From an uncultured Gammaproteobacteria bacterium (GTDB lineage Bacteria; Patescibacteriota; Patescibacteriia; SG8-24): 34,447 nucleotides of DNA. Every line of letters begins with the position of its first letter. Position 1 is the stretch's first letter. The stretch covers positions 1 to 34,447 of the forward strand of contig CAZVED010000009.1 of the NCBI GenBank assembly GCA_964626205.1, read 5' to 3'. The position numbers and the translations under genes were made by a program. Shown piece by piece: positions 1 through 7,292 of the stretch. The notes under the pieces were generated by a model that was not told where the DNA came from, ran no database searches, and worked only from the letters and a program-made list of their open reading frames with translations.

Positions 1-809
1 TGCTTGGAGAGGTCATCGTAGACAACGAGCACGTCTTTGCCCTTGCCCATGAAATACTCACCGACGGAAGCTCCGGCATACGGCGCGAGGAATTGGAGGA
101 CGGCAGGGGATGACGCGGCGGCGGAAACGACGACGGTGTAGTCCATTGCGCCGTGACTGCGGAGCGTTTCCACGACGGATGCCGTGGTGGATTCACGCTG
201 CCCGCACGCGACGTAGACGCAGATCATGTCCTGCCCTTTCTGGTTGAGGATGGTGTCGATAGCGAGCGCTGTCTTGCCGGTCTGGCGATCGCCGATGATG
301 AGCTCGCGTTGTCCGCGACCGACGGGAATCATTGCGTCGACTGCAAGGATACCGGTCTGCACCGGCTCTGAGACTGGGTAGCGCGTCACGACGCCAGGCG
401 CGATGCGCTCCAGTGGCATGAAGGTTCCTGCAGGAAGGCTTTTACCGCCGTCGATCGGACGGCCGAGTGGGTCGATGACGCGACCGAGCATGGCCTCATG
501 CGCCTCGACGCCGAGGAATTTTCCGGTGCTGGAAACGGCTTGCCCTTCCTTGACGGACAGAGCAGCCTGCAGCAAGACGGCATATGCAGTGCGTCCGTCG
601 AGCTGCATGACGAGCGCTTCAGCACCTCCTTCGTCGACAGACACGACCTCGCCCATGCGCAGGCCGAGCAGACCATGAATCTGAATCACGCCGTCCTTCA
701 CAGAACGGATGATGCCGGCACGGTGCTCGGAGGCACCTGCTTTTTCCATTGTCTGGATTGCGGTGTCGAGCGCCGTGAAGAATGTGCGGAGTTGTTCGGA
801 TGATGCCAT
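1..809 (-). CDS. atpA: F-type ATP synthase subunit alpha, N-terminal ~269 codons (gene continues beyond window start)
   Basis: Absent from the ORF track because it runs off the window edge. My minus-strand translation from ATG 809..807 gives MASSEQLRTFFTALDTAIQTMEKAG... and later ...MIPVGRGQRELIIGDRQTGKTALAIDTILNQKGQDMICVYVACGQRESTT..., the canonical F1-alpha Walker A region. It follows atpH in standard operon order. Confidence 0.93.
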   Translation of the reverse strand, partial: MASSEQLRTFFTALDTAIQTMEKAGASEHRAGIIRSVKDGVIQIHGLLGLRMGEVVSVDEGGAEALVMQLDGRTAYAVLLQAALSVKEGQAVSSTGKFLGVEAHEAMLGRVIDPLGRPIDGGKSLPAGTFMPLERIAPGVVTRYPVSEPVQTGILAVDAMIPVGRGQRELIIGDRQTGKTALAIDTILNQKGQDMICVYVACGQRESTTASVVETLRSHGAMDYTVVVSAAASSPAVLQFLAPYAGASVGEYFMGKGKDVLVVYDDLSK

Positions 810-813
810 AGGT

Positions 814-1446
814 CTACTGCTGGTCGTGTGGGAATAAGGAGGAAAGTCTCGCGGCCCAGCTTGCGTCGTGGACGGAGCCGTTGGCGAACATGCGTGCGCC
901 GCCTAAGAGATCAGGATAGACGCGGAGCGATGCGAGCCCTCCGTCGCCGAGCGTGGCGAAAAGGCGGCGGGCGGCGTCGGGGTCGATCGGAGCCGCGACA
1001 TGGAGTATCGCGGAGTCGGACCCTGTCGCGGCATGGAGCAGCTCTTGAGCCTCTCGAACGAGTGTTGTCCGGCGAAGGTCGCTTTCGGAGATGGCGGCAA
1101 GGAACCGCCCCAGTATCGTCGATGCGGGAATGTCCGTTGCGTCGACACGGAGGCCGGAAGAGAGGAAAGCGAGACCGGCAGCGAAGAGGCCGTTCGACCC
1201 GAGACGACGGACGTCGCGGAACAAGGAGGTGCGGCTTCCGAGAGACGGTAAGAGGGCAAGGACGTCGCTGGCAAACCGCTCGGCATCCGTGACCGCGAGC
1301 CATTCCATAATGGAGACGGGATACTCCGCACCGAGCGCGTCGCGGAGGCGTGCCTCACGAGCGCCACGGTCCAAGGCGAAGAACGCTTCAGAGCGGACAG
1401 CCGAGAGAGTGTCGGCGACGATGCTTCCGAAAAGATCGGTGACCAT
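814..1446 (-). CDS. atpH: F-type ATP synthase subunit delta (OSCP)
   Basis: ORF 814..1515 trimmed to ATG 1446 (MVTDLFGSIV...), 4 nt after the atpF stop. Size and position between atpF and atpA fit subunit delta, but the sequence is divergent, so the call rests mostly on synteny. Confidence 0.75.
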   Translation of the reverse strand: MVTDLFGSIVADTLSAVRSEAFFALDRGAREARLRDALGAEYPVSIMEWLAVTDAERFASDVLALLPSLGSRTSLFRDVRRLGSNGLFAAGLAFLSSGLRVDATDIPASTILGRFLAAISESDLRRTTLVREAQELLHAATGSDSAILHVAAPIDPDAARRLFATLGDGGLASLRVYPDLLGGARMFANGSVHDASWAARLSSLFPHDQQ

Positions 1447-1450
1447 AGGA

Positions 1451-1948
1451 TCAAGCGAGCTCCTTCCAGCCGTCCTCGACGCTCTTGCGGACGACGGTAT
1501 TGGGCACATCGTCACGGAGGACGGCTTTTATGACGCGCTCCATGCGAGCGACGATCTCCTTTTCAGCATCGGCGATAGCAGAAGCTTTCATCGATTCGAC
1601 GCGTTCAGCGGTTTCGGCGAGCATTGCTGTGCGCTTCCGCTCAGCATCAGCAAGTAGCTGCTCGGCATCTTTCTTTGCCACGGCAGTGACGGATTCGTAC
1701 CGTTCCTGGAGCGACCGGAGTTGGTCTTCGGACTCCTTGCGCATGCGGCCTGCCTCCTCTTGGAAAGCGGACCGAAGCCGTTCGGCTTCGGCGACGTTCT
1801 CGCGGATGGTTTCGCGACGTTTATCTACTGCCGCCATCAACGGCTTTAACAGGAAACGCTTCAACAGGAAGAACAGCACGCCGAAATTGACGAGATAGAG
1901 GACGACGCCCCAGAGGTCGATACCGAGCTTACCGAGCGTTTCCGTCAT
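1451..1948 (-). CDS. atpF: F-type ATP synthase F0 subunit b
   Basis: 165 aa with one N-terminal TM helix (IDLWGVVLYLVNFGVLFFLLKRFLLKPL) followed by a long charged helical stalk. Located between atpE and atpH. Confidence 0.85.
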   Translation of the reverse strand: MTETLGKLGIDLWGVVLYLVNFGVLFFLLKRFLLKPLMAAVDKRRETIRENVAEAERLRSAFQEEAGRMRKESEDQLRSLQERYESVTAVAKKDAEQLLADAERKRTAMLAETAERVESMKASAIADAEKEIVARMERVIKAVLRDDVPNTVVRKSVEDGWKELA

Positions 1949-1968
1949 ACGTCAGCTCCTTGCGTCGT

Positions 1969-2199
1969 TTAGAAGACGAACAGAATGAGCAGGGTGACCA
2001 CGAGCGAGTAGATCGCCGTGGATTCGGTGATGGCCATCGCGACGATCATGTTCGGAATGATGTCCTTGCTGACCGCCGGATTGCGCCCCATCGCCTCGAG
2101 GGCGCGACCGCCGATATAGCCTTCGCCGATACCCGGACCGATAGCGCCGAGCCCCATGCAGATGCCGGCCGCGAGAAGTTTCACTGCTGCGAGTTCCAT
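1969..2199 (-). CDS. atpE: F-type ATP synthase F0 subunit c (proteolipid)
   Basis: 76 aa hairpin protein MELAAVKLLAAGICMGLGAIGPGIGEGYIGGRALEAMGRNPAVSKDIIPNMIVAMAITESTAIYSLVVTLLILFVF, with the GxGxGxG helix 1, an RNP loop and the carboxylate E59 in helix 2. Confidence 0.95.
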   Translation of the reverse strand: MELAAVKLLAAGICMGLGAIGPGIGEGYIGGRALEAMGRNPAVSKDIIPNMIVAMAITESTAIYSLVVTLLILFVF

Positions 2200-2332
2200 A
2201 CTGATGTCGTGATGAATGACGTGACGTTTTTTAGAGGCACAGACGACCCCTCAAGGTCCCGGTGCCGAATGAAACGCAAGGAGCATACCGCAGCGGAGCG
2301 ATACGTTCAAGGGGGATAAAAAAACGGCACCG

Positions 2333-3109
2333 TCAGGCCTCCTTCGGAGCGACGGCATCAAGGTTCAGGGAGAGGAACTGGATGCAGAGCAAGGTGAAGA
2401 CGAAGGCCTGGACAAGGCCCGACAGGACGGATAAGGCGAGGAACGGCAAGGGGACCAGGAACTGCGTGAAGGAGGCAAGCCCGATAATGACGGCAATCAT
2501 GACCTCGCCGGCGAAGATGTTGCCGAAAAGACGTGCCGCGAGCGAGATGACCTTTGCGGTCTCGGAGATGATATCCATAACGCCAATGAAGAACGCGATG
2601 CAGGCCATGCCGAAATCCCCGAACGAGCGGACTTTGAGAAATTCATGGAACGGAAGGAAGCGAAGGATGTGCTTCGTCGGCGAGATGGCGAACGCCATGA
2701 TGTTCGCCATCAAGATGATAGAAAGGGAGAAGGAGATGGGTCCGGCGAGAGTGGAGGTCGGCGTCCGGAAGAGCGGGACGCCGTCATTGACTACCTGCAT
2801 GACGAACGGCAGCAAGGACAGCTGGTTCCCGACAAGCAGGAAAAGCAGCATGGTCAGGAAGAGCGGCAGGAACCGCTTGGCGCGCTCAACGCCGAGTCCG
2901 CGCTCGGCCTGGCCGTAGATGTAGTCGGTCAGGAACTCGAAGGCGACTTGCGCGCGCGTCGGGACGATGGCGAAACGACGGCTAGCGAGGATGAACGCGA
3001 CACCGAGAAGAACGGTGACCAACAAGGTGCCGAAAAGAACGTCGGTGACGGGAATCGGGCCGATGTGGAAAAAGACATGCGGAGCAAGAGAGAAGGCCGG
3101 CGTACTCAT
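2333..3109 (-). CDS. atpB: F-type ATP synthase F0 subunit a
   Basis: 258 aa polytopic membrane protein with the conserved stator arginine region ...ISLAARLFGNIFAGEVM.... Its ATG overlaps the stop of the upstream small ORF (ATGA at 3106..3109). Confidence 0.9.
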   Translation of the reverse strand: MSTPAFSLAPHVFFHIGPIPVTDVLFGTLLVTVLLGVAFILASRRFAIVPTRAQVAFEFLTDYIYGQAERGLGVERAKRFLPLFLTMLLFLLVGNQLSLLPFVMQVVNDGVPLFRTPTSTLAGPISFSLSIILMANIMAFAISPTKHILRFLPFHEFLKVRSFGDFGMACIAFFIGVMDIISETAKVISLAARLFGNIFAGEVMIAVIIGLASFTQFLVPLPFLALSVLSGLVQAFVFTLLCIQFLSLNLDAVAPKEA

Positions 3110-3366
3110 ACGGATGGCGTGGTTGGCGGTTGATCAGTCAGGCGATCGAGGTCGGCGATGGCACGCCCGGCTTCACGGCGCATGAGCTTCGTAAGAAGCC
3201 AGGCGTTCGCTGGGAACGACGCCAGAGCCGCCACGATGAGGGTCGCCGCAAGGCTGCCGGTAACCGTCGCGAGAAGCGTGCCGAGAGCGAGAAAAACGCC
3301 GATCGTGAAGATCGTCGTCGCGGCGACAATGGCGCGTTGGCGCCAAGTGAAGATACGGACGGCCAT
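3106..3366 (-). CDS. small two-TM membrane protein at the head of the atp operon (AtpI/AtpZ-like by position)
   Basis: ORF 3106..3417 trimmed to ATG 3366 (MAVRIFTWRQRAIVAATTIFTIGVFLALG...), which is preceded by GGAGGG. It has two hydrophobic helices and is translationally coupled to atpB. Assignment is by position only; similarity to AtpI is not evident by eye. Confidence 0.45.
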   Translation of the reverse strand: MAVRIFTWRQRAIVAATTIFTIGVFLALGTLLATVTGSLAATLIVAALASFPANAWLLTKLMRREAGRAIADLDRLTDQPPTTPSV

Positions 3367-3378
3367 AGGATGCCCTCC

Positions 3379-3407
3379 ATCATGCTGCGTGCGAAGTCGC
3401 TTGTCAA
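3379..3407 (-). promoter_or_regulatory. candidate atp operon promoter TTGACA-N17-CATGAT
   Basis: The minus strand reads TTGACA (3407..3402), a 17-nt spacer, then CATGAT (3384..3379). Only 12 nt separate the -10 from ATG 3366, so the transcript would have a very short leader. Confidence 0.35.
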
Positions 3408-3428
3408 CCACGGGCAAGAAATCGACCC

Positions 3429-3461
3429 AAAAAAAAGCCCCCGTACGGTATGTACGAGGGC
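3429..3461 (-). terminator. rho-independent terminator of the antiporter gene
   Basis: The minus strand reads GCCCTCGTAC-ATACC-GTACGGGGGC followed by T8 (A8 at 3429..3436 on plus). The stem is 10 bp with one mismatch, 10 nt after the stop at 3472. Confidence 0.75.
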
Positions 3462-3471
3462 ATGAAGCGCT

Positions 3472-4872
3472 TCAGGAACCTTGCAGTAAGGCCTTCTTCC
3501 GACGGACCGCCGCGGAAAGGAGCGGTGGTGCGACGAATGTCGTCAGGATGACGACGATGACCATCACCGCAAACAGCTCGTCCGAGATGGCGCCGAGGCG
3601 TCGACCTTCGTTGGCGAAGATGAGACCGACTTCGCCGCGCGGGACCATGCCGATACCGACAACGGAACCGCTCATTGAGCGACCGGCCACGAGGCCGCAT
3701 GCCCACTTTCCGGCGAACGCGACCGCAGCGATGGCAACGGCCATGAGCACAAGGCTCAGGTCGCCGAACACGGTGAGATCGATGCTCATGCCCGTGGCGA
3801 CGAAGAACAGTGGGACGAAGAATGATGAGATACCATCGACGAGATGCTCGACGTGTCCATGTTCCTCGCGATCCGCTGCCGAACGCATGTCCTGCGAAGC
3901 CGCGTGACCATGACCGATCCAATCCGCCCAGTTCCGGATACGTCCGGAGATGGCCGGCGGAGCGAATGTGCTGAAATGCACATGGTCGAGCACGAGACCG
4001 GCAGCGAATGCCCCGACGATCGGAGCAAGGCCGGCCAGCGCGCTAGCGCCGTAGGAGAACGTCGCGCAGAACAGCAGGGCGATGGCCATCTTCATGCCGA
4101 CACCACTGTGGATCCGCGAGAACATCCGCCCGATGAGCGGGGCTGCAACACGACCGAGGACGATGGATCCTCCAAGGAAAACGAACGCCTTCGTCGTGAT
4201 GATAGCGACCGTCGCGACGTCCAATGAACCGCTGGTGACGATGCCGGACACTGTCGCGAGGATGATGAGCCCGAGGATGTCGTCGATGACGGCAGCTCCG
4301 AGAATCACCTTCGACTCCTTCCATGACATCACGCCGAGATCCCCAAGGACTCGCGCGGTGATACCGACGGACGTTGCAGTGAGCGTCGCACCGATGAAGA
4401 TGCGGCTCGCGACCGCTGTGTCGGGGAAGAGCAGCCCTGTGGCGATATAGCCTCCCACGAACGGCAGGATGACGCCGACGACCGCCACGATGGCGGACCT
4501 GGCACCGCTTTCCTTCATCTCGACGAGACTCGTTTCCAGTCCCGCCTTGAACAGGAGCAGGATGACGCCAATCTCAGCCAAGTCGCGTACCAGCTCGCTG
4601 GAGCGCAGCATGGCGATGATCTCGCCGCCTGGAAGGAAGACGCATGCTCCGAGGGCCATGCCCATGAGCAGCTCTCCCAAGACGGCGGTCTGACCGAACC
4701 GTTCCACGAGTGCACCGACCCTGGCGAACAGAAGCATGACGACGATCAGGAGGAAAAGGAGCGGGAACGCCCCTCCATGCCCTCCCGACCCGTCCGACGA
4801 CGCTGATGCGACGGAAGCGACGGATACCGTGGCGAGGAAGCAGGAAAGGAACGTGCGGACCCTGGCGATCAT
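3472..4872 (-). CDS. cation:proton antiporter (Na+/H+ exchanger, CPA family)
   Basis: 466 aa with many Gly/Ala-rich TM helices. Family-typical stretches are ...VLGELLMGMALG..., ...KAGLETSLVEMK... and ...MVPRGEVGLIFA.... A His-rich loop (GHGHAASQDMRSAADREEHGHVEH) is inserted. Confidence 0.85.
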   Translation of the reverse strand: MIARVRTFLSCFLATVSVASVASASSDGSGGHGGAFPLLFLLIVVMLLFARVGALVERFGQTAVLGELLMGMALGACVFLPGGEIIAMLRSSELVRDLAEIGVILLLFKAGLETSLVEMKESGARSAIVAVVGVILPFVGGYIATGLLFPDTAVASRIFIGATLTATSVGITARVLGDLGVMSWKESKVILGAAVIDDILGLIILATVSGIVTSGSLDVATVAIITTKAFVFLGGSIVLGRVAAPLIGRMFSRIHSGVGMKMAIALLFCATFSYGASALAGLAPIVGAFAAGLVLDHVHFSTFAPPAISGRIRNWADWIGHGHAASQDMRSAADREEHGHVEHLVDGISSFFVPLFFVATGMSIDLTVFGDLSLVLMAVAIAAVAFAGKWACGLVAGRSMSGSVVGIGMVPRGEVGLIFANEGRRLGAISDELFAVMVIVVILTTFVAPPLLSAAVRRKKALLQGS

Positions 4873-4968
4873 CGAGAACTCCCTTCGGAAGCGTCTCAGG
4901 AAGTGAGGCGCGCTCGCATCCTAGCCGAAAACGGCCAGCATGGCAAGGTGGCCTGCATGCCGTGAAGC

Positions 4969-4977
4969 TGCTACACT
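4969..4977 (+). promoter_or_regulatory. candidate extended -10 element TGCTACACT
   Basis: TGn plus TACACT lies in the gap between the divergent antiporter gene and the 5015 gene, 37 nt before the ATG. It belongs to the recurrent TGCTAYNCT motif described in findings. Confidence 0.35.
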
Positions 4978-5014
4978 TTTCCGAGAAACGCCCCTTATGG
5001 TCTCATCACTATCT

Positions 5015-5407
5015 ATGAAAAAAGAACATCTCGTCGCCGCGTTCGTCCTCGTCATCGCCATGGCTGCTACCGTGTTCTTCCTCATGCCGAGCGAAACGAC
5101 CGCACCGACCCCCACCATCGATGAAACGACCGCGCGCGAGCTCGCCGTCGCGGCTTGGGGCGACTGCGATGGCACGGATGCCAATTGCCGCGAACTCCTC
5201 GTCACGGTCATTGATGGCGAGGATGGCGGGCTGCTCCTGCAGGCCATCCACGACGGTCTCGCAGACGACTCCGTTCGTGCCTCACGCGTGATAGCGCCGC
5301 TTTCCATGACCGGCGGCATTTGGACGCTCGGCGAGGAAATCCTGCGCGACCACCGCTGTCAGGAGGGTAGGGGGCACGACGATTTCTCCACGGAACTTTG
5401 CATCTAA
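5015..5407 (+). CDS. hypothetical membrane-anchored or secreted protein
   Basis: ORF 4940..5407 trimmed to ATG 5015 (MKKEHLVAAFVLVIAMAATVFFLMPSE...). It has an N-terminal hydrophobic anchor and strong G/C preference at third codon positions. No family recognised. Confidence 0.55.
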   Translation: MKKEHLVAAFVLVIAMAATVFFLMPSETTAPTPTIDETTARELAVAAWGDCDGTDANCRELLVTVIDGEDGGLLLQAIHDGLADDSVRASRVIAPLSMTGGIWTLGEEILRDHRCQEGRGHDDFSTELCI

Positions 5408-5433
5408 CCGGGACGACCTTTGCAGCACATCGT

Positions 5434-6702
5434 ATGGAAACGGAACGCTTGAACGACGCTATCGAGGCGGCGGTAGAATCGCTGCTGGCCGTTGACGCGG
5501 AAGAACGCCTTCCGTCGTTCTTGGGGCATGCAGCAGATCTCCAAGCGGCGATCCTGCTCCGCCTACCAGACGCCATGCAGCGGGATCTGCTCCACGGAAC
5601 GAACGATGACGCGCTCATCGGTCTTCTTGAATTTCTCGATCCAGATGAGGCGACGGACATGGTCCAGCTCCTGCCGAACCGCCGCCGCAGCCGCATCGTC
5701 GTCCGTCTCAACAAGACCTTGCGCGAAGGCGTCGAGTTCCTCGTCGGTTTCGCGGAGGAAACCGCCGCCGGTGTCATGACCGTGGACTACATCCAAGTGG
5801 ACGAGACGGACACCGTCGCGGACGTCGCGCGACAATTCAAAGTGCACGAGGATCGCACTGGCCGTCTTCCGGTCATCATCGTCGTCCGCGCGAGCCATCC
5901 CGTCGGACAGGTTCCCGTCCACGAGCTCGGCTTCGGCGAGCGTGAGGATCGTGTCGCCGACCGCATCAAGACCATCGCCACCATCCCGCATGATGCGGAC
6001 CTTGATGCGGTACGCCAGATGTTCCGCGATCATCGGCACGACAAGGCGGCAGTGCTCGGCCGAGCCGGCAACGTCATCGGCATCATCTACGCCGACGACA
6101 TGCTCCGACTCCTCGATGAGCAAGAATCCGCTTCGCTGTACGATTTCGCCGGTGTTCATGATGAAGAAACCGTCGCTGATTCCACGGGAAAAAAGGTGCG
6201 TCATCGGTACAAATGGCTGCTGGTCAATCTTGTGACCGCTTTCCTCGCGGCAACCGTCGTCCATCTGTTCGAGGACACCATCTCTAAAACAGTCGTGCTT
6301 GCCGCGTACATGCCCATCGTCGCCGGCATGGGCGGTAACGCGGCGACGCAGACCTTGGCCGTGATGGTGCGTGGCATCGCGTTGAACCAGATCACCTTCG
6401 CGACCGCCGGGCGGACGGTCCTGCGTGAAATGGGTGCTGGCCTCGCGAACGGCGCCATCAGCGGCATCGCCATCGCCATCGTGGTGCTCCTGACCTATGG
6501 CGACGCGCGTGTCGCCGCCATTCTCGCCGTGGCGATGGTCTTCAATCTTCTTGTTGCCGGATGTTTCGGTACGATCGTCCCACTCGTCATGCGACGTCTC
6601 GGAAAAGACCCGGCGGCCTCCGCCACGGTCTTCATCACCACGGCAACGGACGTTCTCGGATTCTTCGCGTTCCTCGGCATGGCATCGGTGTTCCTGGACT
6701 GA
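5434..6702 (+). CDS. mgtE: magnesium transporter MgtE
   Basis: ORF 5398..6702 (TTG) trimmed to ATG 5434 (METERLNDAIE...). It has an N-domain, a CBS-pair region and the C-terminal MgtE TM domain (...YMPIVAGMGGNAATQTLAVMVRG..., ...FITTATDVLGFFAFLG...). Confidence 0.9.
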   Translation: METERLNDAIEAAVESLLAVDAEERLPSFLGHAADLQAAILLRLPDAMQRDLLHGTNDDALIGLLEFLDPDEATDMVQLLPNRRRSRIVVRLNKTLREGVEFLVGFAEETAAGVMTVDYIQVDETDTVADVARQFKVHEDRTGRLPVIIVVRASHPVGQVPVHELGFGEREDRVADRIKTIATIPHDADLDAVRQMFRDHRHDKAAVLGRAGNVIGIIYADDMLRLLDEQESASLYDFAGVHDEETVADSTGKKVRHRYKWLLVNLVTAFLAATVVHLFEDTISKTVVLAAYMPIVAGMGGNAATQTLAVMVRGIALNQITFATAGRTVLREMGAGLANGAISGIAIAIVVLLTYGDARVAAILAVAMVFNLLVAGCFGTIVPLVMRRLGKDPAASATVFITTATDVLGFFAFLGMASVFLD

Positions 6703-6708
6703 CGTCCG

Positions 6709-6717
6709 TGCTATTCT
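6709..6717 (+). promoter_or_regulatory. candidate extended -10 element TGCTATTCT
   Basis: Lies in the 38-nt gap between mgtE and msrA, with 23 nt between its last base and the msrA ATG. Confidence 0.4.
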
Positions 6718-6740
6718 TACCTCCATAACAGCGCTGACAC

Positions 6741-7292
6741 ATGGCCGATCATCCCACGCAATTCGCAGTCTTCGGAGGAGGGTGTTTCTGGTGCACGGAA
6801 GCCGTCTACCGCACGCTCAACGGCGTCGAATCCGTCACACCCGGCTACGCAGGCGGGGAGACGGACCAGCCGACCTACGAGACCGTTTCGTCCGGCACGA
6901 CCGGTCACGCCGAAGTCGTCCGCGTCGAATACGATCCGTCCGTCATCTCCTACCCACAGCTGCTGGACGTCTTTTTCGTTTCCCATGACCCCACGACGCC
7001 AAATCGGCAGGGGCAGGATATCGGTACGCAGTACCGCTCCGTGATCCTCTATGCAGATGCCGATCAGAAGGCGGACGCCGAAGTCGTCATTGCACGCCTC
7101 ACCAACGACGGAACATATGATGCGCCAATCATTACCGAACTCCGGCCGCTGAAGGCGTTCTTTCCGGCAGAAGAGCATCACCGTGACTATTACGCCGCAA
7201 ACAGGTCAGCACCGTACTGCCAGCTGGTCATCGATCCGAAGCTTACGAAAGTCCGTGAGCGGTACGCTGCACTCGTAAAACGGGAAGTATGA
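6741..7292 (+). CDS. msrA: peptide-methionine (S)-S-oxide reductase
   Basis: 183 aa with the diagnostic N-terminal FAVFGGGCFWCTEAVY motif and overall MsrA length. Confidence 0.95.
   Translation: MADHPTQFAVFGGGCFWCTEAVYRTLNGVESVTPGYAGGETDQPTYETVSSGTTGHAEVVRVEYDPSVISYPQLLDVFFVSHDPTTPNRQGQDIGTQYRSVILYADADQKADAEVVIARLTNDGTYDAPIITELRPLKAFFPAEEHHRDYYAANRSAPYCQLVIDPKLTKVRERYAALVKREV

Noticed and set aside
2316-2335. A7 run (T7 on the coding strand) after the atpB stop, looking like a terminator or attenuator before atpE.
   Set aside because: The adjacent ACGG/CCGT complement would leave a 2-nt loop, which is sterically implausible, so no credible hairpin precedes the T run. The 133-nt atpB-atpE spacer is more likely an ordinary untranslated spacer.
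4873-5433. Possible Mg2+ riboswitch (M-box) or other leader upstream of mgtE.
   Set aside because: The region is occupied by a plausible protein gene (5015..5407) with a membrane anchor and strong third-position G/C bias. I saw no M-box-like conserved core, and only 26 nt separate that gene from the mgtE ATG.
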